Assembly: GCA_963700285.1 (NCBI GenBank)
Contig: CAVOXA010000001.1
Location: 1,784,101 to 1,848,100 of the forward strand
DNA length: 64,000 bases
Direction: 5' to 3'
Source: an uncultured Chloroflexia bacterium
GTDB taxonomy: Bacteria > Chloroflexota > Anaerolineae > JAAYZQ01
This document shows, in pieces, positions 11,430 through 22,783 of the stretch. The translations under genes were made by a program, and so were the position numbers. The notes beneath the pieces were generated by a model. It had not been told where the DNA came from, did not search any database, and saw only the letters and a list, made by a program, of their open reading frames with translations. Position 1 is the stretch's first letter; every line of letters starts with the position of its first letter.

Positions 11430-11439
11430 GTTTGGTGGC

Positions 11440-12614
11440 TCATGGCTCGCCCAGGCGCAACCTCAGCGCAAGCTTGAGCAGGCCCCGGTTGCGGATCTGG
11501 TGAGGGTTTCTGGCCATTGCCAGTAGCGCCTCTCGCTGTGCCCGCTTTCGCTGCCCAATTGTGGCGTAGTGAAAGGCAGCAATAGCGCGTACTTGGGCCA
11601 GCATGACTGGCTGCAGGCCTGCCAGATTGGCCAGTGTCTGCGGTAGGGCAACGAAGACACTACGCACGAGCGCCTCTGCGCCGAGGACGTCGGCGTCATG
11701 ATTATGCATGTAGGTCGAGATTCGATCCTGAAGAAGTTCGTCGAATCCCCCATTGGTAGCATCACTGTCCAGGGCTACTGCCCGATCAAGATGATAAGCT
11801 ACGATGCTCAACTCGCTGCTAAGGGCAGTACCAAAGGCTGCGAATAGGTGTCCCCTGGCCCAGGCTTCATCGGAGACAGTAGGATCCACATCGACAGGTG
11901 CACGCGGCCGCTGCAATGCCCGTATTGTGGAATTGACCACGAGGTCTGATTGCTGCCGAGCGTTGCTTGCACTGACCGATCCTTGGTGTGCCCGCACTCT
12001 GTACAGTACCTCAGGCGCATTGGCGCCATGCCACCTTTCTAGCATGCGCAGCCACAGATCCCGATCCTCTGCAGGGAACCATTCCTGCCTGTACCCGCCA
12101 ACCTCCTCTATCGCTTCACGGCGCATCAGTGCCGCGGCATGGCAGAAACAGTGCGTTTTGCAGTACAGATCGCGGCGGAGTCGGCATCACTTGAAGGAAG
12201 CAGTATGGAGCGTGAACTTGCTGGTGCGGTGCCAAACTCCTCGTAGCCACACGTCACAACGCCCAGGCGCCGATCGCTGTCCAACAATTCAAGCTCCAGC
12301 GCTAGCCTGGTGGGCATGCTCATATCATCTGCGTCCATACGTGCAATGGTGTCGCCCCTTGCGTGAGCGAGTCCTCGGTATAGCGTTGCTACAAGGCCCA
12401 AGTTCTGTCGATTTCGCAATACTACAAGACGTGGATCGGAATAGGCTCGGACAGCTTCAAGCGTGTTGTCTGTGCTGCAGTCGTCGATTACGATCAGTTC
12501 AAAGTTCCCAAAAGTCTGGGACAGGATGCTTTCGATCGCCTGGCCCACAAAGGCCCCGGCGTTGTAGGCGGGCAGGATAATGCTTACCCTCGGCTTTGAC
12601 TCGTTTACCAACAT
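11440..12614 (-). CDS. GT2-family glycosyltransferase, frameshifted
   Basis: VSIILPAYNA, IDDCSTD, ARMDADD, AEDRDLWLR. Confidence 0.85.
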
Positions 12615-12647
12615 GTGGGCTCCATACCTACTAGCCACTGGAACCGA

Positions 12648-14151
12648 CTAGCGCCTTGACCGCAGCTTCCACGCCACCACTAGGCTCACAAGGGCCGCCG
12701 CCGGCAGGATTCCAACGAAGAGCGGATTGAACAGGCTTGTTTGCTGATCACCAGCACCGGGCGCATCCAATGCCTGGACTCCTGTCAGCGTCGCTGGCGT
12801 GGCCGTGTACCGAACAGGGACCCTAGTCAGTGCGGGTGCCGGCAGCACATCCGTGACTTTGGCCTTTGGCGCGTCCGTTGGCCTGGGTTCTGGTGGCACC
12901 GCCGGGGCATCCAGCGAGCAGAGCACATAGTAGATGTGATTCTCGATAAAGTCGTGCCACACCACCACCAGTCGATTGCCCCCGACTATCGCAGCCTCGG
13001 GGTATTCGCTGGCTAGCAAATCCTCAGAGAGAACTGCAGGCGGGGACCAGGCGCCATCGGGGTGTCTCTGGCTGTAGTGAATCTTTGCTTCCCCTACGAT
13101 GTTCCCGCTCATGACGATGTACTCAGAGCCGGCCGAATCAACAACGAGATCCATCGGGCCATTCAGCCCCTCGAGGTTCTCAAATAGCAATTGAGGCTCT
13201 CCCCAGGTCAGCCCGCCGTCGGCTGAGAGTCTGTAGTACTTGCTGTCAGCGAATCCCACGCCTCGAATCCATGTCATGTATAGCCGTTCCTGATCAGCAC
13301 CATTGGACAGGTTGGGGTAGGCCAGCCCGGCCTCCATGAAAGACCTCCTCCGGCTGATTCCAGGTTTCTCCACCGTCTGCCGACCGTGAATACCAAATGC
13401 CTTGAGGCAACCAATCGCTCTCCCTCGTATGTTGTGACCAAACTGCCTGGACCGCTCCCCTACCATCTGCATACACCTGGACAGAGGCATTCGACACCAA
13501 AGCCGGATCGACGGATGCGAAATCAGCAGGTCGCGACCAGTCGTCTCCTCTATTGTCCGACCAAACGTAGCCAATGTGACCGACGCTCTGCATCGGATCC
13601 TGTACAGCATAGACTAGATGCAGGCGGCCCTGCTGATCGACACTCAGGTCTGAGCTCTGAGCAGCTCCCACATAGGGCTCAGCGGTAACCCAGACCTGCG
13701 GGGATCCGGCGAGGGCCATTGGCGCGCGGCTCACGCGGACGCCGTCCTTCAAGCCTTCCCTAAAACGCCAGGAGACAAACAGAAAACCATCGTCGGTGAT
13801 GGACAGACTGTCCGCTGCTGCGTAGTCGCTGGCTGTAAGAACATCGACGGGCTCTGCCCAGTGTCCTTCTTCAAAGACCGAGTAGTAGATGGTGTCTGTC
13901 TCTTGTAGTACTTCATCCCGACCCTCAGCCACCCCACTGCTCCAGATAAGGTGCACACGTCCTTGTCGATCGGCCGCCAAGTGTCCATGCAATGAAAAGG
14001 GCGCTTGGCTGCTGACAATCGCTGCAGGATCAGTACAAGCGATGGGTACCTCTGCTGAAACAGGTGACACGCTCGCCATCATCAGCAGGGAGAAGCCTAG
14101 GAGGGTATACACATTCTTCAAGACAAGCTTCACTATGCGTACTCCTGGCAT
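12648..14151 (-). CDS. Secreted BNR/Asp-box (sialidase-like beta-propeller) protein with C-terminal membrane anchor, frameshifted
   Basis: Signal peptide; Asp boxes SDNRGDDW, SADGGETW and SADGGLTW; Pro/Thr linker; C-terminal TM helix followed by basic residues. Confidence 0.75.
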
Positions 14152-15312
14152 CTCGCCGCCAAACCATCAGCAAGTATCTGCAGTGTTGTCTCATGCAGAA
14201 TACGAGGGTTGAAGACTACCTCAATTCGATGAAAAAGCTGCTCAGCAAGCTGTACCCTCAGTTTTTCGTCCGTTGCCAGTCTCATGATTATGGCACTGAG
14301 TGCCTCATCATCCCCAGGAGGTGCAAGAAAAGGGTATCCTGCGGGCCCCACGGCCTCGCGGATTCCTGGGATTTCGGTTCCTGCGACAGGCAGGCTGGCT
14401 GCCATGCACTCCAGCACGCCGTTTGGACAGCCTTCATACTTTGAACTGAACACCCCCAGGTCAACTGCCTGGAGAAGCCCTGATACATCCTGAACACCGC
14501 CAAGGAAACGTACGCTTCTGCCAAGTTCCAGATCGTATGCCAGCGCCTTGAGGGTGTGCTCGGTGTCGCCAGGTCTTCCTGCTAGGAGCAACATGGCTTG
14601 GCGCTGGCTTTCGTCAAACGCTTGAGCTACTGTCTGCCAGGCTCTCAGCAGGGTAGCATGGTCCTTGCAGCTGTGCAGGTTTGCCACCATGCAAGCCACA
14701 AAGCAGTCTTCCTCCGCCCCAATTCGCTCCCGCCAGGTGGCCCGATCCACAAGGGGCGGGTCCAGTTCCACCCCGTTGTGGACTATGTTGATACGCTGAG
14801 GCGCTACCTGAAACTTTGCCGTCAGGAACTCGGCACCGTGCCGGGAATTCGAAACAAAGCAGGGGGTCTGACGAACTGCCAGCTTTTCAAGCCTGCTCCC
14901 CGTGAGAAAGCGGCCCTCGTCACGCTGATTCCACACAAAGAGCCTGGCACCCGTGAGTTGCCACACGAGTCCACAAGCCACATTTGGCAGTCTTGTATAG
15001 GCGGGCTTGCATCCGGATGGGCTTGCCTGAGCAGTCTGGCCAGCCTGGTGAGGCTTTGCGTCTGCGGCCAGCGCGGTTGGCAGGCCACTGGAGGGAGCAA
15101 ACCCTCCAAGGTATTCCGTACTCGTCGCAGAGCTCAGACGCCCTTCCTGCTTCTCGCAACCCCCATATCTCGACGCGGGCACCGGCCTGCTCGATGAGAC
15201 CGCGGGCCAAGACCACTGCTTGCCGTTCCGCCCCGCCAAGGTGAAGGCTTTCCAGCACCATGGTAATCCTTTTCCCACGGAGTTCGGTTGATCTAGGGGC
15301 TAGTTCTCTCAT
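14133..15312 (-). CDS. GT4-family glycosyltransferase, frameshifted
   Basis: LGGAERQ; EGCPNGVLECMAASLPV. Confidence 0.85.
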
Positions 15313-15318
15313 GGCTGG

Positions 15319-16860
15319 CTACCAACACTTCTGGTCATGGTACGACAGGCCTTGCCTGGTTGAGGGTGCGGTTCCAAGCACGCTGGGATTTCCCATAGCC
15401 GCGGGCCAAGAGATCAGCTGCAATATCCCGCCATGCAGTTGGGTTGCGACAGGGCTGTAACTCAAAGTGCCGCCGCGCCAACTCGATGGAACTGAGCTTG
15501 ACCACCGTCTCGGCAATCCAGTAGCTATCCTCGTCTTCGCACAAGTAGGCTTCCCACAACCGGTCAATGGCTGGGCCGAAGAATAGGCCTAGTTTGCGCA
15601 GGCCGCTGAGAAAAGGAGAGTCTCAAGGCGAGGTCGAAGATCCTTGTGAAGCCAGTTCGACCACTGCGTGGTAGTCGCGGCGTAGTTCTGAGTCCGTTTC
15701 CATCGTTCCGTCGGGTGCAATGCCAGTACGTGCCCAGGGCAGACTGCATAGCCTAGGATCGAGGTCCTTGAGGACTCTCCAGTAGATATCGTCTGTCCTA
15801 CAATCCGGCGCGAGGGCCCACATGAAGGAAACCAGCTTCTCACTGGTAAACGCCTGGTGCAGATCGCAGAACCTTCTGACATAGTCCATAGCGTGGCACA
15901 ACATGCGCCTCATGTAGTTTTCCTGCATGTCCAGTTCACAGAGTACCCAGGTGGCGGACGAAGTTTCCTGTCTCCAGGCAGTTGCACCGATCGTACCGCC
16001 AAACTGAGTGATGGACCAACCAGTGCTGGATGCAGGAGCTTCCACCTGTTTTCCAATCGAGCCAGCGGCGGCTCTGTTAGATGCACGCCGCTGCTGCTCG
16101 GCCGCGCCCTGTTGTCGCCAAAGCTTGCCGCAATGACCAGGTCGATTTCGTCGAAGCGAGCTCAGGTATTCCATGCCGTGAAGGTGTATGCCAGCCACTT
16201 CCGCCCCTCCCCAGATTGCCCCGCGCTGAATGTTCGACCACACCAACTCGCAATCGTCGGGGATGTGTACAAAGTCCCAATCATACCGTGGAGCTTATCC
16301 GCCGGGCGTATACGACATCTCTGCTCTGATCCTGACCCCATGTCGCGCATCTGATGCGACCTGGGAGATGCGGTTCGAGCCTCTTCAGGATCCCTGCCAC
16401 AATGCGGCTATCCAGGCCACCGGAAAGTAGTAGTACGATCTGGTCGCGATCTTGGGCGACGTCGTGCAGTTCCTCTGACAGATACTCGCGAAAGGCCACC
16501 GCCGCCTCTTCGGCTTTGACGAACCGTGTCCCATGGCGGATGGGGGGATGACGTTCCAGCGTGCCTTCACCGGTCAAAGTGGCGTGCCAGGGCATCCGCT
16601 GAATCGATTTCACCAGTGTACGACTGCCCAGCATGTAGTTAAATTGGATGACTTCTTCAGGACCCTTGCGGATCAACTACACGCTCTTCCGCAGGAAGGG
16701 CCAGGATGATCTCTTCGGCCGTATCTGCCACCAGTACCTCGTCATCCAAGACAGTCCAATAGGGACAGAATCCACCAAATCGAGAAGTCTGTACGGTTTC
16801 AGCCTTTTCCAGCTTACGCAGCACTTGGAAGCCTCCGCTCATCTTCTCTGCGTTGAGCAT
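15319..16860 (-). CDS. Asparagine synthase-related amidotransferase, multiply frameshifted
   Basis: LLLSGGLDSRIVA PP-loop; ELDMQENYMRRML. Boundaries are approximate. Confidence 0.7.
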
Positions 16861-17674
16861 CGTCTGACTGGTATGGCAGCTCGCACACTGCGATTAGTGG
16901 CGTCCCCTGATCAGTTATGGACATGGGGACGATCCGCGGAGTATATACGTCTGGCATGCAGTACAATCTTACGCTGCCATAAAAGGCCCTCAACACCCAG
17001 AAGAACTCTCCTGCTGTCCATTCGCGCACATGCAGTCTGTAGATCGGAGGACTGGCGTGGGAGGATAGCTCATCACGGTTCTTATTGGGTGTGGTGAGGA
17101 TGGCTTTGGGCGCCAGATTGACACAAGTCTTCAAGAATGCACGATAGTCGGCAACATGCTCTATCACGTCCACAGCCACTACTGCGTCAAACGGGCCATC
17201 CTCAGGTACCGGGTAACGGTCAATGTAGTGGATGCCGGGCCGAGTTCGATGCTCCCGTGCCCAGTTGAGTGCCTCATTGTCAAGTTCTGAGCAGACTACG
17301 AAACGCTCTGGGTCAACGGTAGCCTCGAAGGCAAAACAGCCCGTTCCGCCGCCCAACTCAACGATGCGCTTTGCGGAGTCCAACAGGGTGACCACAGCCA
17401 TGTTGAGGGCAACGATGTTTGGCCATTCTAGGGGGCCGCCCGCTGCTACCCTAGCCTGTTTCTCAGCCCAATTCACTGAGCCTGCCTCAGGATTCTCCTT
17501 GTACGCTACACCCAAGGCTTCAGTGGTACGTATATGTGTCGAGATCTGGCTTTCTGCCACACGGCGAAGCTCAAAGCCGAACCTGGCCAGTAGCGTGTTA
17601 GCGAGTCCCTTCAAGGAGCGAAGCAGAAAGGACTGGTAGCGCCGTGCGCCATGATCAGGTATCATTGACATCAA
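16814..17674 (-). CDS. Class I SAM-dependent methyltransferase
   Basis: IVELGGGTG; FDAVVAVDVIEHV; LTTPN; HVREWT. Confidence 0.85.
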   Translation of the reverse strand: MMSMIPDHGARRYQSFLLRSLKGLANTLLARFGFELRRVAESQISTHIRTTEALGVAYKENPEAGSVNWAEKQARVAAGGPLEWPNIVALNMAVVTLLDSAKRIVELGGGTGCFAFEATVDPERFVVCSELDNEALNWAREHRTRPGIHYIDRYPVPEDGPFDAVVAVDVIEHVADYRAFLKTCVNLAPKAILTTPNKNRDELSSHASPPIYRLHVREWTAGEFFWVLRAFYGSVRLYCMPDVYTPRIVPMSITDQGTPLIAVCELPYQSDDAQRREDERRLPSAA

Positions 17675-18932
17675 TCACAGTCCATTGTGCAGGTACCCGT
17701 ACCAATCCCTGGCTTCTTACGATGCCCGCCGTAGTACTGTCTACAGTAAACCTTAGACAGTTACCCGCGCGGTCATGCAGTGTGTTGAGCGAATCGCCTA
17801 GCCATATGGTGACATAGTACGCGCCATCATTCAGAATACTCAGGGCAGGCTGCACCTGTATCCGTGTCTCTCTGCTGGGAAGAACCACAGCAGCCTTGTC
17901 GTCCGTGTTATTGAGATGCAGCACGACATTGCCAAGAGAATCGCGGATTGACACGCCCATGATGCAGGCTGTGCCTGCTTCTTGCAAGACCTCCATGTCG
18001 AAGGTAATCTGCTCCCCGTGGCTGAACTCCGATTTGGGTTGCCCGCTGCTATTGCGAGCCGCCAGGTAGGTCACCCGCATCGGACCAGATCCTAGCCTAT
18101 CTACAGCCCAATCACGCAGATCAACTTCACCCTTCGATGAGCCGTAGTCGAGGTAGGCTCGCACTACCTCGCTGCTATACCCATCTGCGGACAGTTTTCC
18201 CTCAGTCAGGCATAGGGTGCGCCGGCACAGATCGATGATGGCGCCCATGTTATGGCTCACAAACAGCACCGTCCGGCCTTCCCGGCCACCTCTCCCATCT
18301 TGCCCAGGCACTTCTTCTGAAACGCCGCATCCCCCACCGCCAGCACCTCGTCCACCAGCAGGATCTCCGGCTCCAGGTGGGCGGCCACGGCAAAGGCCAG
18401 GCGCACGTTCATCCCGCGAGGAGTAGCGCTTGACCGGCGTGTCGATGAACTTCTCCACCCCGGAAAAGTCCACGATCTCGTCGAACTTGCGGTCGATCTC
18501 GGCCCTGCTCATGCCCAGGATGGCGCCGTTCAGGTAGATGTTCTCCCGCCCCGTCAGCTCCGGGTGAAAGCCGGTACCCACCTCCAGCAGCGAGCCCACC
18601 CGGCCGTGGATCTCGGCCCGGCCCTCGGTCGGCTCGGTGATGCGCGACAGGATCTTGAGCAGCGTGATCTTGCCCGCGCCGTTGCGGCCGATGATGCCCA
18701 CCACCTCGCCGCGCTTGACCTCGAAGGAGACGTCCTTCAGGGCCCAGAACTGGTCGTCGTTCGCCGCCGGGTGCTGCCAGCGGACGGCGGACGGCGGACG
18801 ACAGACGACAGCCGTTGCGCGAGCCGTGCAGGCGGCAGCAAAGGCATCGCGCAGCGTGTCATGTTGCTGCTGCGCCTTGCCGATGCGGTAGCGCTTGCCC
18901 AGGTTTTCTACGCGAATTGCTATGTCATTCAT
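17655..18932 (-). CDS. wzt: Polysaccharide ABC exporter ATPase with Wzt C-terminal domain, frameshifted
   Basis: [45 protein letters not shown]. Confidence 0.92.
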   Translation of the reverse strand: MNDIAIRVENLGKRYRIGKAQQQHDTLRDAFAAACTARATAVVCRPPSAVRWQHPAANDDQFWALKDVSFEVKRGEVVGIIGRNGAGKITLLKILSRITEPTEGRAEIHGRVGSLLEVGTGFHPELTGRENIYLNGAILGMSRAEIDRKFDEIVDFSGVEKFIDTPVKRYSSRDERAPGLCRGRPPGAGDPAGGRGAGGGGCGVSEEVPGQDGRGGREGRTVLFVSHNMGAIIDLCRRTLCLTEGKLSADGYSSEVVRAYLDYGSSKGEVDLRDWAVDRLGSGPMRVTYLAARNSSGQPKSEFSHGEQITFDMEVLQEAGTACIMGVSIRDSLGNVVLHLNNTDDKAAVVLPSRETRIQVQPALSILNDGAYYVTIWLGDSLNTLHDRAGNCLRFTVDSTTAGIVRSQGLVRVPAQWTVIDVNDT

Positions 18933-18943
18933 GAACAAGTTTT

Positions 18944-19017
18944 GCCACGAATTTCACGAATTGAACGAATTTTGGTACCGTGTTTTGATAATTCGTGCAA
19001 TTCGTGTAATTCGTGGC
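18944..19017. repeat. Inverted repeat built from three tandem 9-mers (CACGAATTN) per arm
   Basis: Arms GCCACGAATTTCACGAATTGAACGAATT (18944-18971) and AATTCGTGCAATTCGTGTAATTCGTGGC (18990-19017) are complementary at 26 of 28 positions. Confidence 0.95.
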
Positions 19018-19024
19018 TGGCCTC

Positions 19025-19397
19025 CTATCGTACGATGCGTCTCTGTTGGAGCGATGGTGCGCCAAAGTTGAGCAGGATCGCCAGGCGCAGGCCTGTCGCT
19101 GCCAGGTAGTGGTGGGCCTGCGCCTCGTGGACTCGGGTCAGGGCCGAGACGGCCTTGAGCTCCAGGATGATCTTGTCGTCGACGACGAAGTCAGCGACAT
19201 AATCGCCCACCAGACGGCCCTTGTAGTGTACCGGCAGTCGCTTCTGTCGCTCAAACGGAATGCCGCGCGCCTCGAACTCGATAGGCCAGCGCGCCTTCAT
19301 ACACAGCTTCCAGAAAGCCGGGACCCAGGGTACGGTGTACCTCCATCGCCGCGCCGACGATCTCGTATGAAAGCTCTTTGAACAGGATTTCAGCCAT
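19025..19397 (-). CDS. GxxExxY protein (PD-(D/E)XK nuclease-like), frameshifted
   Basis: MAEILFKELSYEIVGAAMEVHRTLGPGFLEAVYE...YVADFVVDDKIILELKA...LLNFG. Confidence 0.93.
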
Positions 19398-19407
19398 AAT
19401 ACTTCCT

Positions 19408-19479
19408 GCCACGAATTGCACGAATTATACGAATTCTAATCCAAGTATGCATAATTCGTGTAATTCGTGAATTCGTGGC
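19408..19479. repeat. Second CACGAATTN x3 inverted-repeat hairpin
   Basis: Arms GCCACGAATTGCACGAATTATACGAATT (19408-19435) and AATTCGTGTAATTCGTGAATTCGTGGC (19453-19479). Confidence 0.95.
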
Positions 19480-20346
19480 TAAATAACGTCGGCAAAGGTG
19501 CGCTCGGTGCGCCGGAAAAAGACGAGCCCGCTGACCAGGACCAGCAGCGTGATGAGCGATCGAGACGGCGAAGAGCGGGCCAGGCGGCTGCGGCGTCGGC
19601 CAGGTAGTTGCCCAGCAGCGCCCAGCGAAAGCCCTCCACCACGCCGGTCATGGGGTTCAGCGCCAGCAGCCAGCGGATACTGCTCCGGGATCAGCGTCGT
19701 GCCATAGATGACGGGCGTCAGGTACATCCAGATCTGGACCAAAAAGGGCACCAGGTAGTTGACGTCGCGGTAGCGCACGTTGAGCGCCGACAGCCACAGG
19801 CCAAAGCCCAGCGCGGTGAGCATGGCCAGCAGCAGAAAGGCGGGCAGCAGCAGCACGGCCGGCGTGGGCGCGATGCCGGTAGAAGACCATCAAGGCCGAC
19901 CAGCACCAGGAAGGCGATGCCAAAATCGACCAGCCCGGAGAGCACGCCGCTGATGGGGATGACGAGCCGCGGAAAGTAGACCTTGGTGATCAGGTGGGCG
20001 CTGCCCACCAGGCTGGTCGAGGAGCGGGTCAGCGAGCCGGCGAAGTAGTTCCAGGGCAGCAGGGCCGCGTAGGCGAAAGATCGGATAGGGCACGTCGCCC
20101 GACGGCACGTCGAGCAGGCCGCCAAAGAGCAGGCTAAAGACGACCATGCTCACCACCGGCTGGAGCACGATCCAGGCGACGCCCAGCAGCGTCTGCTTGT
20201 AGCGCACCTTGAGGTCGCGCCAGACCAGGAAGTAGAGCAGCTCGCGGTATTCCCACACGCCCGCAGCTGCAGGGAAGCCCAGCCCCGGGTGGGCTCGATG
20301 ATGACGGTGGGTACTCGGTTGGCTGTTCTTGGCAAGTACTGGTCAT
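19479..20346 (-). CDS. wzm: Polysaccharide ABC exporter permease, frameshifted
   Basis: WEYRELLYFLVWRDLKVRYKQT; ITKVYFPR; NVRYRDV; ERTFADVI. Confidence 0.92.
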
Positions 20347-20364
20347 AACTTGCTCGCAGGTGTC

Positions 20365-20544
20365 TCATGGTTCATGGACCAGATCGCGCCGGAGATCATC
20401 GATTGATCCGCACGGTACCCGGCCCTCTCTGAGGGCTTTCCGGGTCGCTTCAGCATTCGCAGCGATTTCGGCGCGGCGGTGCTCTATCAGGCGCTGGTGG
20501 ACGGATTGGAGTATTGAATCAGGAATGCGCAGGTCCTGGGCCAT
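20365..20544 (-). CDS. Small hypothetical protein / antitoxin-like fragment
   Basis: MAQDLRIPDS...RRAEIAANAEATRKALREGRVPCGSIDDLRRDL resembles small TA antitoxin C-termini. Confidence 0.4.
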   Translation of the reverse strand: MAQDLRIPDSILQSVHQRLIEHRRAEIAANAEATRKALREGRVPCGSIDDLRRDLVHEP

Positions 20545-20554
20545 GGTTTGCCTC

Positions 20555-20583
20555 TTGACTCTGCCATGGAATTGGTCTATAAT
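20555..20583 (+). promoter_or_regulatory. sigma70-type promoter for the DUF433 gene
   Basis: TTGACT-17 bp-TATAAT. Confidence 0.75.
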
Positions 20584-20622
20584 CCATCTACCTGTTCTAC
20601 GGAAGTCCTGGAAGGAGTTGGC

Positions 20623-20868
20623 ATGCTTGAAGAACGGTTCTGGCAGCGCATCAGCATCGATCCCCAAGCCATGACCGGCAAGCCGGTGATCAGGGGAACT
20701 CGCATTCCGGTGGAACTGATCGTCCGGATGTTGGCTCAGGGTATCCCGGACCAGGAGATTCTGGAGGAGTATCCCCGGCTGGAACCTGACGACATCCGGG
20801 CTGCTTTGGCCTACGCAGCCCATACCTTGGCCGATGAGGACGTGTTCCCCCTGGCTGTTCCCACCTAG
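20623..20868 (+). CDS. DUF433 family antitoxin-like protein
   Basis: RISIDPQAMTGKPVIRGTRIPV...EILEEYPRLEPDDIRAALAYA; GAAGGAG RBS. Confidence 0.92.
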   Translation: MLEERFWQRISIDPQAMTGKPVIRGTRIPVELIVRMLAQGIPDQEILEEYPRLEPDDIRAALAYAAHTLADEDVFPLAVPT

Positions 20869-20987
20869 TGCCAGGGTTTCCGTCTTCGTGGGTTCGTGAT
20901 CGACCTGCATCATGCGCTTGCCCTTCCCACCGAAGTTGATCCTGTGTTTCCCCACGAGACCACTATGCTTGCGTATCAGCCCGCAGT

Positions 20988-21015
20988 TATTCGTGCTATT
21001 CGTGCAATTCGTGGC
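20988..21015. repeat. Third copy (single arm) of the 9-mer array
   Basis: TATTCGTGCTATTCGTGCAATTCGTGGC. Confidence 0.85.
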
Positions 21016-21025
21016 AGAAGCGAAC

Positions 21026-22744
21026 TCACCGCATCCACCCCAACGCCTGCCAGCCCACATTCACCGCCGACTTGAAGGCCTGCCAGTTGTTCATGCTCTT
21101 CAAAAAGGTCCACATCGGCCCGGGCCGCAGCGCCCACTCGCGGAAGGCGCGCCGCGCCCAGTACTCGATCCGCTCCGCCGGCAGCCCCGGATAGTCCAGC
21201 ACCGTCGACTCGTCCATGTCGACCTCCTCCCAGGTCGTGCCGGGCCGGAACCAGCCCTTCTCCACCACCTCGAAGAAGAAGGGCGTGCCGGGATAGGGGG
21301 CGGCGATGTGGAACAGGGCCAGGTCCAGGGGCAGCTTCTTGGACAGGTCGATGGTCTGCCGGATCGTCTCCTCCGTCTCGCCGGGCAGGCCGATGATGAA
21401 ATAGCCCCAGTTCATGATGCCGGCGTCCTTGCTCCAGCTGCAGCGCGCGGGCGATCTTTTCGTCGGTGGTGCCCTTGCGCACCCGCTTGCGGATCTCCTC
21501 GTTGGCGCTCTCGATGCCCCAACTGATGAGCCAGCAGCCGGCGCGGCCCATCGCCTGCAGCATCTCGGGGTCGACGTAATCGACGCGGCTGTTGCAGGTC
21601 CACTTGAAGTCCAGCCCCTCGCGGACCATGCCCTCGCAGATGCCCATCACCTGCTCGCGGTTGACGGTGAACAGGTCGGCGTACATGTGCACGTTGCGCA
21701 GGCCCAGGTCCCAGAGCATGCTGCAGCTCGGCCAGCACGTTCTCGGGCGAGCGGACGCGCACCGAGTAGCCGATAGCTGACGTGTTTGATGCAGAACGTG
21801 CAGCCGGCCGGGCAGCCGCGGCTGGGCACGATAAAGGTGTAGGGGCCGCGGATGTTGGGCGCCCGGTACTTGTCCCAGGGCAGCAGGTGGTGCAGGGGCA
21901 GCGGCAGGTCGTCCAGGTCGCGGATGAAGGGCCGGTCGGGGTTGACGCGGATCGGCAGCTTCCGGTCGTGCCGCCAGGTTTCGCGCCAGACGAGGCCTTG
22001 ATGGCGGCGAGCTGGGATGCGTGTTGCGTGTTGCGTGGTACGTGGCCGTTGCCAGGCAGGTGCGCGATCCGTGCTTGGGTCCAGGGCGGCTGCCAGTCGG
22101 ATCCGCATCCCGATACATCTTGTCCAGGCGCCCTCAACTCGATCCCGCCGGACCCTGTCTCCGCCTCTGCCCGCTTCCCTGCTCCTCTCCTCCAGCGTAT
22201 CGAGCAGCTCGCGCAGCGTCAGTTCCGGCTCGCCGCGCAGGACATAGTCCAGCGTGGGAAAGGCCTCCATGGTCTCCAGGGGCATGGGCGTGACGTGGGT
22301 GCCAAAGGCGATGGTGCGAGCGCCCAGGCAGCGGGCCAGGAAGGTGCCGCGCATGTCGTTGGTCAGGGTCGGGGCGGTCACCTGGGTGACATAGTAGTTG
22401 GGCCGCTTCTCGGCCAGCAGCTGCTCAAAGTCCTCCCAGGTCATGCGGCTGCGGGATGGCGTCGACGATCTCCACCGAGTAGTCGGGGTAGAGCAGGGCG
22501 GCCAGCTGGGCCAGGCTGACCTGGGGCCAGATCATGTTCTCGCGGCTGCGGCGGCCCACGCGGTGCTGGCTGCGGATCCAGATGGCGCCGTCGGGCGCGG
22601 GTGGGTTGACCAGCAGCACGTCCACGGCCCCTGGGGGCGGGCGGCCGTCGGCAGCTCGCTGAGCGTCTGGCGTACGTTGGGAAACTGGGCCTGGGGCAGC
22701 GGGCGCACCGGCCGGTTTCCCAGGTTCTCGCTGATCAGGCTCAT
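21026..22744 (-). CDS. B12-binding radical SAM protein, frameshifted
   Basis: VLLVNPP; SRGCPAGCTFC (CxxxCxxC); ISWGIES; YFIIGLPGET. Confidence 0.9.
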
Positions 22745-22783
22745 AATGGGTTGAATTCTACCATAGTTGTTTGTTTTGAGCAA

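Noticed and set aside
18944-21015. CRISPR array
   Set aside because: These are inverted 9-mer arrays without regular unique spacers, and no cas genes are present.
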